Counted from the stretch's first letter, positions 44,453 through 54,475 are shown. The stretch: 64,000 nucleotides of DNA from an uncultured bacterium (GCA_963695095.1 CAVOFT010000001.1:3456001-3520000), one strand, 5' to 3'. Notes: generated by a model not told the origin, from the letters alone. Translations and numbers: made by a program.

Positions 44453-45845
44453 GGTCTCCTCCGGGATCGACCGGTAGCGTGAAGTGGAAGGTCAGTCCGG
44501 ATCCCTTGTTTCTGGTGAACCACAGGTTTCCGCCGTGGGAATTGACGATTGACTTGCTGATCGATAGCCCGAGGCCCATGCCCGACTCCTTGGACGTGAA
44601 GAACGGATCGAACAGCTTCTCTTCGTCGGCGGTGGGGATACCGGGCCCGCTGTCGGCTACCGTAACTTCGATCATTTCCTCAACCTGTGAGGCTCGCACG
44701 CTCAGCGAGCGCCTCCCCGTGTCCCCGGCCATCGCCTCGATCCCATTTCGCATGAGATTCAAGATCACCTGCTGAATCTGGACACCATCCGCGATGACCT
44801 GGGAAAGCCCGACAACGTTCTCGAGGACAATTCTCACGCCGGCGCTCTTGGCTTCGACCTCGGCCAGCTTGACCACGTCCTGGATCAAGGCGGACAGGTC
44901 GCAGGGCTCGCGGTGTCGGTCCTGCCGCTTGACCATGGTGCGAAGCCGCAGGACGATCTCGCCGGCCAGCAACGCCTCGGAGCTGATGCTCTCTAGAGTA
45001 TCCTGGAGATCCGGACGACAGCGATCACTGGCGCCCAGCATCCGCAGCCCCGCTTGGGCGTAGGTCGCGATCGCCGTCAGCGGCTGGTTGACCTCGTGGG
45101 CGATGCCCGTCGCCAGTTCTCCTAGCGTGCGCAGGCGATCCATGTGGGCCAGGCGCGTCTGGGTGAGCAGCGCCTCCTCCTCGGCCTGGTTGCGCTTCAG
45201 AAGCAGCTCGATTTGCCTGGCGACAGTGTCGATCAGCGACTTCTCCTCGGCCAGGAAGGCGCGAGCGGATGATGGGACGGAGGCGGGTGGGTAGGCGACC
45301 GCGATGCGACCCCGGGGAATCCCGTCCACGACGATGTCGGCGCTCAGCCCGCTGTTGTCACTTGGGAAGCCTGGAGTCGAGTACTCCTCTCCGTCCAGGC
45401 CGATGCTGCACCGTGCCGCTTCCGGAAACAGCATCGCCTTTGCGACGATCTTCGCCACCTTGGTCATGATCTGCGGAAACCTGCCGTCGTTGCTCTCGAT
45501 GATGGCGGCGGTTTCGTGCAGGCACTCCAGTTCTCTGACCCTGTTCTGGAGAAGCTTGCGGTACCCGCCCGCCGTTTCGACCTGTCGCTTCATCAGCGCG
45601 TAGACCAGGACGCCCGTGGCGCCGATGAAGATAAGGTCCTTCGCGATCTGCCCCTGCGTGAGATCAAGGGGATCGCTGAACAGCTTGAACAGCAGCACGT
45701 CGAGGAAGATCACCCAGAACCCGCAGGCCAGCGCAAAGATCGCGGCGATCCTGAGCGGCGTCGGGCGCGTGCGTAGCCTGCCTTCGGATCCCGTCAGGGA
45801 TGGGACGTCAGTGGGCACGGGGCTTTGATCACGCTGGGGTTTCAC
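44442..45845 (-). CDS. FixL/NtrB-type membrane sensor histidine kinase
   Basis: Two TM helices; AHEVNQPL, NGIEA, DSGPG, FFTSK, GMGLGL. Start uncertain. Confidence 0.88.
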   Translation of the reverse strand: MKPQRDQSPVPTDVPSLTGSEGRLRTRPTPLRIAAIFALACGFWVIFLDVLLFKLFSDPLDLTQGQIAKDLIFIGATGVLVYALMKRQVETAGGYRKLLQNRVRELECLHETAAIIESNDGRFPQIMTKVAKIVAKAMLFPEAARCSIGLDGEEYSTPGFPSDNSGLSADIVVDGIPRGRIAVAYPPASVPSSARAFLAEEKSLIDTVARQIELLLKRNQAEEEALLTQTRLAHMDRLRTLGELATGIAHEVNQPLTAIATYAQAGLRMLGASDRCRPDLQDTLESISSEALLAGEIVLRLRTMVKRQDRHREPCDLSALIQDVVKLAEVEAKSAGVRIVLENVVGLSQVIADGVQIQQVILNLMRNGIEAMAGDTGRRSLSVRASQVEEMIEVTVADSGPGIPTADEEKLFDPFFTSKESGMGLGLSISKSIVNSHGGNLWFTRNKGSGLTFHFTLPVDPGGDHAG

Positions 45846-45954
45846 GTCTATAGAATAGGTACTACAGGCCCAGGGTGGAAGACCGGCCGGGCGTTTTCCG
45901 GCGGGGACCTGGGACTGCGATTCGACCCGATTTCTGCGGATGCGTCCCGCCAGT

Positions 45955-46352
45955 CCCGCGCCTGCGAAGCGCCGGTCAGCGAGCCGATCACGGGACATCC
46001 GATGCCAGGCGGCCCGTCCACGATCAGTAGGTCCTTCGCTTCGAGTTCCGCCAGGCGGCGCGCCTCCCTGCGCACCACGGACACGAACCTGCCGGAGTTC
46101 TCGGCGGCGATGTCCAGATGCACGTGCACCATGGTGCCGCTGCGGGTCGTGGATACCATCCACTCCCCACAAGGGCGCGTCTCGAGATCGATGGCATGGC
46201 TGCGGCAGAACCTCGCACTGACGCCGCAGCCGGCGCAGGCGTCCTGCCTGATGACCGCCTCGTGTCCGCTGTGGAACTCGTGGCGCTCCTTGACCTGCAG
46301 CGCGAGCACGAGATGCAGGCCCGCTGCATCGACGGCGCAATCGGCGAGGACG
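45955..46352 (-). pseudogene. fragment of a MinD-type ATPase with ferredoxin insert (COG1149-like)
   Basis: VLADCAVDAAGLHL, CAGCG, AENSG, DGPPGIGCPV; both ends missing. Confidence 0.75.
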
Positions 46353-46354
46353 GT

Positions 46355-46990
46355 GCGGACTTCCCCACGTGCTCAAGGATGCGCCGCACCGCGGCCGCCT
46401 CCGTCACGAAGGCGAGGATCCGCATGGCGCCGCCGCAGCGCTGGCAGACCAAGAGCAGCACCTCGTAGATCCGCGCCAGCAGCATGGCCCAGGCGTAGTG
46501 CACCGTCGCCCGCAGGAAGATCCGCAGCACCGGGCTCAGCGTCTCGGCCAGTGGCGCAGGTACCAACGCACCCGCTTGGGCAGGGAGAGCACCCACTGGC
46601 GAATAGGCACGCGCGGCAGCACCTGAGCGGTCAGGGCCGCCGCTGTCTCCACCATCCAGCGCGTGTCGCAGCTCGGGCACAGGCCCCGCGTGCGGCAGGA
46701 GAAGGCCACCAGGAAGCTGTGCCCGCAGCGGCCGCAGCGCACCTTGGCGAAGCCGTGGGCCAGGACGCCGCACTCGAGGTACTGGCGGAAGCTGCGCTCG
46801 ACGAAGGCGGGAACCGGATCGATCTCGGCGTCCGCCCGCCTTGCGAGGTCCAGGAAGGTCTCCAGGTGCTCCCGCACCAGGCGGTGTAGGAGGCACTGCT
46901 CCGGCCGCCGGGGGCGGCAGATCCCAGGCTCCGGAACGCTGGCTCGGCTGGCAGAGTAGGCGGGCAAGAGGCTCCCGCGAGGGCAGTGAC
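46355..46990 (-). mobile_element. internally deleted IS91-family transposase
   Basis: Zn-binding N-terminus (RPRRPE..CGVLAHGF..C..C..FSCRTRGLCPSC..RQWVLSLP) joined to the C-terminal WAMLLARIYE..CQRCGG; catalytic core absent. Confidence 0.85.
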
Positions 46991-47122
46991 GGCAGCGGGC
47001 GGATCAGCCTAACCCGGGAGTATCGAAAGTCGTGCCAAAAAGAAAGGCTCAATGACGCGATCAAGGGCCTGGGCAGGCGGTGCGCTAGGAGTCGCAGCGG
47101 CTACGCCCGCGCGGGGCGCGGG

Positions 47123-48862
47123 CTACTTGATGAGCAGCAGCTTGATGGCGGCGCCCGCCTCGCCGGCCTGCAGGCGCGCGAGATACACACCTGTCGGCAG
47201 CGCGCGGCCGGCCGCGTCGCGGCCATTCCACTGCACGCGCTGCTCGTCGCCGGTGGCCGGGCCGTCGAGCAGGATGGCCACACAGCGCCCGGCGAGATCG
47301 TGGATGGCCAGTTGGACGCGCGTGCCCGCCGACGCGCTGAAGCGCAGCTCGGTCGCCGGATTGAAGGGGTTGGGCTGCGCGCTGAGCGCCAGGTGCGCCG
47401 CCGGCACCGCGGGCGCGGCCGTGAGGTCGCCCTCCACCAGCATCAGCCGGATGTTGTCGAAGTAGGGCGCCTGGTTGCGATGCTCCGTCTCACCGTAGCC
47501 CCAGATGCCCTCCATGTCCCGCACGGCCAGGCGTAGGCCGATGGCCTCGACGTTCCAGTACTCTCCGCCCGCCGATTCCCAAAGGGATTCGGTCAGGTCT
47601 ATGGTCCAGGTGTCCCAGCGCGCCCCGTCGCCATAGTAGAGCTGGTTGTTGTTCTCCCAGTGACCGAGGCAGTCGCTGCCTTCCGATCGCGTGGCGAGCT
47701 CCCAGTAGAAGAAGATCAGGTCGTTGAGCGGCAGATCCCGGTACACGTCCGCCTGCAGGATGACGTGCGTGGCCGGGCCCAGGAGCAAGGGCTGGCCGGC
47801 TGCATCTACGCTCAAGAACGGGCTCTCGATGGCGTCGTTCAGATACGGTTTGCCCCACACGATCCCGAACTCGTAACCCGGGGCGTTCCAGGCCGGCGTC
47901 AGGCTGTCGAAGCAGGCCCAGACGAAGCTGTCGTTCGCGGGCTGGACGCTGCCCTGGTAGAGGCCCGCGTAGAGCCCGGCGTAGTCGCCCGTGGCGGGAT
48001 AGGCCAGGAAGCTGATCTCCGGGGGGAGCGCTCCATCCTCGAAGTCCGCGGCGAAGACCTCGACACCGTCCACGCTGGCGCGCACGTTGTCGATCCACAC
48101 AGCACCCAGGTTGGAGAGATAGGAGCCGTCCTCGTCCGACCAGCCGCCATCGGAGAAGAAGCGAAAGGCCACGCGGGGGCGGTCCGCCTGATCCCCGAAC
48201 TCGAAGCGGGGGATGCTGACGCTGAGCTCACGGTAGGTCCGATCGCTCGCGATCGACTGGATGTAGACGCCGTCCCAGCGCAGCGGTCCCTCGCCGTACT
48301 TCACGTCCACCGCGAAGTAATCGTAGTAGCCGCCTTCGAAGTCGCTGCGAAAGGCAAAGTCCAGGCGCAGCGTGTCGCTCAGGGGATGCCCCGTTAGGTC
48401 CAGCACCGCAAACTGGTACCAGTCGTTGCCGTAGCCCGCAGGGTCGGACCAGCAGGGATCCTCACCGCCGCACCAGAGGGCGCAGTCGTTCTGCGCATCC
48501 TCTGGGTCGAAGGGAAGGGCCGGGCTCATGTCCGTGCCCGTGCCGGCGCAGATCGAAGTGCTCGCGAGCTGCCAATGGGTGGGCTGCACGGTCTTGTCCA
48601 CGCCCTGCCAGCCAGCAGGGGCCGCCTCGCCCGCGGGGCCGTCGAAGGTGAAGCCGCGGGCGTCGGTGCCCGGACTGCCGTAGCTGCCCGGACCCTCCGC
48701 CGCGAAGAGGAAGAGCGTGTCGCTGCGGGCGCCCGCCCCCGGGGGCGGCAGCTCGTCCGCCGGGCGGGGGGGTTCGCCGGCGCCGGAGGCCAGCAGGGCC
48801 GCGAGCAGAGTCAGAAAGGCGAGGGCGACCGGCGTCCGCCCGGGATGCGTCCTACCCATCAT
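47123..48862 (-). CDS. secreted protein with C-terminal FlgD-Ig domain
   Basis: Signal peptide; GYGNDW and FFSDGGWSDEDG beta-sandwich motifs; PNPFNP...WNGRD...GVYL. Confidence 0.8.
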   Translation of the reverse strand: MMGRTHPGRTPVALAFLTLLAALLASGAGEPPRPADELPPPGAGARSDTLFLFAAEGPGSYGSPGTDARGFTFDGPAGEAAPAGWQGVDKTVQPTHWQLASTSICAGTGTDMSPALPFDPEDAQNDCALWCGGEDPCWSDPAGYGNDWYQFAVLDLTGHPLSDTLRLDFAFRSDFEGGYYDYFAVDVKYGEGPLRWDGVYIQSIASDRTYRELSVSIPRFEFGDQADRPRVAFRFFSDGGWSDEDGSYLSNLGAVWIDNVRASVDGVEVFAADFEDGALPPEISFLAYPATGDYAGLYAGLYQGSVQPANDSFVWACFDSLTPAWNAPGYEFGIVWGKPYLNDAIESPFLSVDAAGQPLLLGPATHVILQADVYRDLPLNDLIFFYWELATRSEGSDCLGHWENNNQLYYGDGARWDTWTIDLTESLWESAGGEYWNVEAIGLRLAVRDMEGIWGYGETEHRNQAPYFDNIRLMLVEGDLTAAPAVPAAHLALSAQPNPFNPATELRFSASAGTRVQLAIHDLAGRCVAILLDGPATGDEQRVQWNGRDAAGRALPTGVYLARLQAGEAGAAIKLLLIK

Positions 48863-48944
48863 CCACCTCCGAGCCAGGGGCAACGGAACAAGTCTAGCCC
48901 TGGCGAGAGGTGGCGTCAAACCGGCCGCGGCGGCGCCAGGGCGG

Positions 48945-50480
48945 CTAGTACGCCCCCAGCTCGCCCACCACGGCCTCGACGGCCTCGAGGATCTCGCCGC
49001 TCTTGACCAGCGCCGCCATCGCGTTGTGGTCGGGATAGAGCGGCCGGTCCACGTCGAGGAACTCCACGTGCTGGCGGATCACCGCGTGGGCCGCCCGCGT
49101 GCCCTTGCCGAAGCCGTAGTTGCGGAAGTCCAGGCGCCTGGGCCGCGGCCATCAGCTCGATGCCCAGCACGCCGCAGGCCGTGTCCAGGATCTGCCGCGT
49201 CTTCAGCGCCGAGTTCATGCCCATGGAGACGAAGTCCTCCTGGTCGGCGGCGGCCGGGATGGACTGGTGGTAGGCCGGCGTGGAGAGGATCTTCTGCTCC
49301 ACGATCTGCATGTCGGCCGTGTACTGGCTGAGCATCAGCCCGCTGAACATGCCCGCGCCCTTGGTGAGGAAGGCCGGCAGGCCCACGCTGAGCGCGGGGT
49401 TGGTGAGGCGGTTCAGGCGCCGCTCGCAGAGCACGCAGACCATGGTGATCGCCCCGCCCATGTGGTCGATGGGCATGCTGACCGGCGTGCCCTGGAAGTT
49501 GGCGCCGGTGAGCACGACCTTGTCCTCGGGCAGGAAGATGGGGTTGTCGCCCACGCCGTTGACCTCGATCTCGCAGCTGCTCGCGCGTCCAGCGCAGCTG
49601 GTCGCGCACGGCGCCGATGCACCTGCGGCGTCGAGCGCATGCGAGTAGGCGTCCTGCACCTTCACCTTCTCCTTGCCGCGTGAGCAGGTCCGAGCCCTCC
49701 ATCACCTTGCGCAGGTTGGCGGCGCAGGTCACGGCGCCCGCGGAAGCCGCGCAGCTCGTGCAGGCGCTCGTCGTAGGGCTTCATGTTGGCCTTGAGGGCC
49801 TCGAGCGTCATCGCCGCGGCGATCTCCGCCTGCTTGAGCCAGCGCTCGGCGTCGTGCAGGGTGAGCAGGCCGATGGCCGTGATCAGGTTGGAGCCGTTGA
49901 TCGTGGCCAGGCCGTCGCGCGCCTTGAGGCCGGGCACGGGGATGCCCGCCTTCTGGAAGGCGCGGTCGCTGGCCAGGCGCTCGCCCTCGTAGAAGCACTC
50001 GCCCTCGCCCATCATGGTCAGCGCGATCTGGCTCATCGGCGCCAGGTCGCCGCAGGCCCCCACCGAGCCCTTCGCGCAGACCACGGGCGTGACGCCGCGG
50101 TTGAGCATGGCGACCAGCGTCTCGGTGATCTCCGGTCGGCAGCCCGAGTGCCCGTGGGCGTGGACGTTCGCGCGCAGCAGCATGGCCGCGCGCACGTGCT
50201 CCAGCGGCGCCGGCTCGCCGATGCCGGCCGCGTGGTTGTAGATGAGGTAGCGCTGGAACTGCTGCACCTGCTCGTCGTCGAGCACGATCTCCGAGAACTC
50301 GCCGATGCCCGTGTTGACGCCGTACATGATCTCGCGCGCGGCGATGCGCTCTTCGATGAAGGCGCGGCAGGCCTGGATGCGCGCGCGGGCTTCGGGGTGC
50401 AACTGGACGGCCTCGCCCTGGCGGGCGACGGCGACGATGGCCTCGAGACTGAGCTGGGATCCGCTGATGACGACGGGCAT
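48945..50480 (-). CDS. histidine/aromatic amino acid ammonia-lyase, several frameshifts in 49140-49745
   Basis: YGVNTGIG, GSVGACGDLAP, INGS, VQDAYSMR, DNP, GANFQG and QEDFVSMG recovered across three frames. Confidence 0.85.
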
Positions 50481-50730
50481 GCGCTGACCTCCGCGACGGC
50501 CCGGCCTTTGGCCGGGAGCCAATGGCTGACGGGTTGATCGCGCCCACCCACCCCGCTCGGCCGGAGTCCCGGCCCGCGCGCCGACAAGATGACGCGCGAG
50601 CCCAGCCTGCGTCAATGGGGCGCCTTCGGGTGGCGGGCTTGGGCTCGAGCTCCTGCGTTCCGCTATACTCGAAGCAAGCGGCTCCGGGCCTGATCGCCCC
50701 TCGACGACCCTACCCCGCACTGGACTGCCG

Positions 50731-51252
50731 ATGACGCGCTGGCCCCTGGTATTGCTTGGTCTTCTGCTCGCCGCCGCCCCCGGACCCGCCCAGGACATGA
50801 GCGGCAGCGAGGTCGCGCTGGTCTCGCCATCCCTGGTGAATGCAGGAGATGCGGGCGTCCTGTTCACCTTCTATGTCTACAATGGCAGCCCGGACGCGGA
50901 ATGGACCCGGACCCTGACCTTCAGCTTCCCGGCCTGCTTCACGGTGACGGGCGGCTCCTACGATGACGGCGGGCTCGGCTGGGTCTTCTTCTTCGCCGCC
51001 GCGGGCGCGGTCGGCAGCTTCACCGACGGCGACGGCGGCTACGGCGAGATCTACGACGGGGACGGCGGCTACTTCTTCCTCACCGTCGATGTCGGCGCCG
51101 ACTGCCCGGCCGGTCCCGCCACCGTCCACTGGCTCCAGGAGGGGGACGCCTGGGGCGCCGACCCCCACTCGATCGCAGGCGACCTGGGCTTCGCGATCGC
51201 CGGCACGGCCACCGCGCCCACTTCCTGGTCCCGCCTGAAGGCCCTCTACTAG
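50731..51252 (+). CDS. secreted beta-rich protein with C-terminal SWSRLKALY motif
   Basis: Signal peptide; Gly/Asp-rich; paralogous in layout to 52561-53088. Confidence 0.8.
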   Translation: MTRWPLVLLGLLLAAAPGPAQDMSGSEVALVSPSLVNAGDAGVLFTFYVYNGSPDAEWTRTLTFSFPACFTVTGGSYDDGGLGWVFFFAAAGAVGSFTDGDGGYGEIYDGDGGYFFLTVDVGADCPAGPATVHWLQEGDAWGADPHSIAGDLGFAIAGTATAPTSWSRLKALY

Positions 51253-51529
51253 CCGGCCGGGGCGGTCCCGGGCAAGGCCCGCGCCTCCGGCTGGGGGACC
51301 CATTTCATGCCGACTTATCAGAAATCATCATCCATTGATTTTGCGAACCCTCTCGCGCTATACTCTGCGCGCCACACCGGAAGTCTCGAGGCCGCCTTTC
51401 GGCAGCCCGATTTCGTGCCCTGTCACGCTGCCGACCGGCCGAGCGGGGGTTAGGTGTGCGCAGACTGCGCCCAATCGCCTCCGCTCGCCTCGGGAGTTCC
51501 CAGGCAGCACCATAACCGGAGGCATGAAT

Positions 51530-52246
51530 ATGAAAAGACTGCTCTTCGCTCTGGCCCTGACGGCCGTGCTGGCCCTGCCCGCCCTGGCCGAGAAGCCTGA
51601 GGTGTCCCCCATCAGCGACTACGAGCGGGTCGCCTGCGATCTCGTCTCGATCTGCTGGACCTGGGACGGCAGCTTCACCACCGAGGCCTGCGACGCCACG
51701 GGCGGTCTTCCCGTCTGGCAGTATGGCCCCTCCACCGGCATTCCGACCGTGGACTGCTACGGCAACCCGATCACCAACGTGCTCGGCACCATTCTCAACG
51801 GCAGCTATCCGAGCAACTCGGGGCATCGGGCGATCTTCGGCGGCAGCTTCCTCGTCAGCGAGTCCTGCTATCTGCTCGAGCTGTGCCACTACTATGACAC
51901 CGAGAACAGCTACGACGGCGGCAACCTCGAGGTGAAGGTGGGCAGCACCTACACCGTGGTGCCTCCGGTCGGCGGCTATCCCGACGCCCAGCTCTGCGAG
52001 AGCACGAGCTTCTATGCCTACTGCGTCGACATGCAGCCCGGCTTCACGGACGGCCCCACGGCGGGCTTCGTGAAGGACTGCTTCGACCTCAGCGCCTTCA
52101 TGGGCCAGACGGTCCAGATCGCGGTGAAGTTCGGCAGCGACAGCTCCGTGACCTACCCCGGCTGGTACATCGCCGGCGTGATGGCTGGCGGCCTGACCAC
52201 GGCGGTCGAGGAGAGCACCTGGTCCACGATCAAGCAGCTCTACTAG
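51530..52246 (+). CDS. secreted Cys-rich beta-sandwich protein with C-terminal TWSTIKQLY motif
   Basis: Signal peptide after GGAGG; YDTENSYDGG...FGSDSSVTYPGWYI (immune-inhibitor-A/MAM-like). Confidence 0.85.
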   Translation: MKRLLFALALTAVLALPALAEKPEVSPISDYERVACDLVSICWTWDGSFTTEACDATGGLPVWQYGPSTGIPTVDCYGNPITNVLGTILNGSYPSNSGHRAIFGGSFLVSESCYLLELCHYYDTENSYDGGNLEVKVGSTYTVVPPVGGYPDAQLCESTSFYAYCVDMQPGFTDGPTAGFVKDCFDLSAFMGQTVQIAVKFGSDSSVTYPGWYIAGVMAGGLTTAVEESTWSTIKQLY

Positions 52247-52275
52247 CCCGACCCTTCGTCTAGCGAAGGAGCGCT

Positions 52276-52312
52276 GGGTCCGCGTCCCTTGGACGCGGAC
52301 CCTCTTTGTTTC
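52276..52312 (+). terminator. intrinsic terminator
   Basis: GGGTCCGCGTCC-CTT-GGACGCGGACCC followed by TCTTTGTTT. Confidence 0.8.
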
Positions 52313-52560
52313 TGGCCTCTGCACCCAGCGTCCGCCAACAGACGGGAGATCAGCCCCTTGTTGGTAATGAATAAGTTACGCAATTCGCGTGTCGGCCATA
52401 AATCTGCCGCTCGACGCATTGACCGCTGCCGGCCCCTTTCGCTATACTTGAGCCACTATCGACGACTCTCCGGGTATGCCTAGTCCGGGAGCCGCTTCGT
52501 AGCTGTACACCTTGTCGATGCAACATCGAACGGCTGCCATCACCCCTGGAGGGTGTCCCC

Positions 52561-53088
52561 ATGAAGATCCTCAGGCTCCTGGCGGGTCTCCTGCTGGTGA
52601 GCTCGCCGGCCTTGGCCGACATGATCGGCGGCACCGCGGAGATCCTCGGCCCGGGCATGGTCAATCCTGGCACTGTAGTCACGTTCATGATCGAGGTTAC
52701 GAACGGCAGCAGCGACGGCGAGGCGACCTCGGCCGTGCACTTCCGCTTTCCGGAGACTTTCACCGTTCTCGAGGGCTGGGTCGACGATCGTGGCCAAGGC
52801 TGGAGCTTCGCCATGATGCCCTCCGGGTCCTACAACGAGCGCGGCATCTTCTACGACGCTGACGACGACCTCGCACGGGGCGAGATCCTGCCCGACCAGA
52901 GCGGCACCTTTTTCATCCGGGTGGCCGTCACGGGCAGCACCGACTGCGGCATCTACGACATCGGCTGGAAGCAGTACGGCGACAATCAGGGCAAGCACCC
53001 GCACTACGTCCTCAGCAGCATTCCCTACGACGTCTGCGGCATCGCCGTGGAGGAGATCAGCTTCTCCAGCGTGAAGAGCCTCTACTAG
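52561..53088 (+). CDS. secreted beta-rich protein with C-terminal SFSSVKSLY motif
   Basis: Signal peptide; GGAGG RBS; VTNGSSDGE..FRFPETFTV..GEI parallels 50731-51252. Confidence 0.85.
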   Translation: MKILRLLAGLLLVSSPALADMIGGTAEILGPGMVNPGTVVTFMIEVTNGSSDGEATSAVHFRFPETFTVLEGWVDDRGQGWSFAMMPSGSYNERGIFYDADDDLARGEILPDQSGTFFIRVAVTGSTDCGIYDIGWKQYGDNQGKHPHYVLSSIPYDVCGIAVEEISFSSVKSLY

Positions 53089-53147
53089 GAGTTCGGCAGA
53101 ACTGCGAGCCCCCGGCCATGGCGGCCGGGGGCTTGCCATAGCGGGAC

Positions 53148-54407
53148 CTAGCGCCCCCGCTCGAGGCTTTGGCGCTTGAGCTCGAGGAAGCGCGCCTTGA
53201 GTTCCTGGTTCTCCGGCAGCCGCGCCCGTTCCTCGTAGGCCTTGTCCAGGCGCAGCACGAGGAAGGCCGAGAGCAGCACGAACCAGGCCGGGACGATGAG
53301 CGGCACCAGCCGCCGCCAGCCGCGCCCGACCAGGACCCGCAGCATCTTCATGGTTCCCGTGGCGATCACCAGGCAGAACCCCGCCGAGGCCAGGTAGAGG
53401 TACTTGGTGTTGACCCAGTCCCCCGGCAGGTAGAAGAAGCAGAAGGGCAGGATCGTCAGCACCATCCAGGCGATGAAGAAGCGCAGGGTGGTGTTGCCGA
53501 ACACGAAGCCGTAGGCCGCGTAGCTGAAGATGATCACGGCGGTGAGCGGCCGGATCCAGCCGCTCCAGCCGTAGATCCGCGAGATCCAGGTGCCCTCCTC
53601 CACCAGCTCCGTGTAGTGGATGGGGTAGACCATGTGCACCAGGTAGCTGGGCACATTGCCGAGGAAGTTGCCGACGGCGAAGCCCAGCCCCCAGCCCGCG
53701 GGATAGGCGCTGGTGACGGCGCGGAAGTGCGCCCACTGGAAGCCGGTCAGCAGCCCGCCGTAGATCAGCAGGATCAGCAGCGGCCCCGCCAGCACGCGCC
53801 GTCCCTGCCGCTCGCGGCGGAGGAAGACGTTGTAGGCCAGCAGCACGCCGATGCCGCTGAGGAAGGCAAAGCGGTTGATCAGCGACAGCGTGAAGAAGAC
53901 CAGGGTGGCCAGGAACCAGAGTGAAATGAGGCGCCCCTTGCCGCGGGTCTCGTTGATCACGTAGAACATGACCGTGAGGATGAAGACCGCATGCATGAGG
54001 ATGCCGCTCACGCCCGCGGCGTACATCACCTCCTTGCCGTAGTTGCCCACGGCGAAGGCGAACAGGCTGGCGCTGAGGAAGGCGATCCCGAAGTCGTGCA
54101 GGATGAGGTCGATGAGCAGGTAGAGCAGGAAGGCGTTCACCGCGTGGATGAAGATGTTGAGCAGGTAGTAGCCGGCCGGCTTGTCGCCGAAGAAGAGATA
54201 CTCGAGCCGATGCAGCAGGCTCACGAGGGGATGCGCCTCGAGGCTCCTGCCCGCCAGCTCGTCGCCCGCCGTGCCCTGGAGGCTCTGGGCAAGGAACTCG
54301 TACTCGATGGCCGTCCAGAACTCGTTGTTGAGAATCCGTCCAAAGAGCAGGAAGCTGAAGCCGAGGAGGATGAGAAAGAGCAGCGTCTTGTTGTCCTTTA
54401 GCCTCAT
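53148..54407 (-). CDS. multi-pass membrane protein, GT-C (ArnT/TMTC-like) glycosyltransferase candidate
   Basis: About 11 hydrophobic segments; HPL...GYYLLNIFIHAVNAFLLY and KYLYLAS motifs. Confidence 0.6.
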   Translation of the reverse strand: MRLKDNKTLLFLILLGFSFLLFGRILNNEFWTAIEYEFLAQSLQGTAGDELAGRSLEAHPLVSLLHRLEYLFFGDKPAGYYLLNIFIHAVNAFLLYLLIDLILHDFGIAFLSASLFAFAVGNYGKEVMYAAGVSGILMHAVFILTVMFYVINETRGKGRLISLWFLATLVFFTLSLINRFAFLSGIGVLLAYNVFLRRERQGRRVLAGPLLILLIYGGLLTGFQWAHFRAVTSAYPAGWGLGFAVGNFLGNVPSYLVHMVYPIHYTELVEEGTWISRIYGWSGWIRPLTAVIIFSYAAYGFVFGNTTLRFFIAWMVLTILPFCFFYLPGDWVNTKYLYLASAGFCLVIATGTMKMLRVLVGRGWRRLVPLIVPAWFVLLSAFLVLRLDKAYEERARLPENQELKARFLELKRQSLERGR

Positions 54408-54475
54408 TCTCTGCCACCTCTCGCGCCGGGCTCGGCGCACTGACCAGTCTAGGCCGCGCGAAAGGGGCGGGCAAC

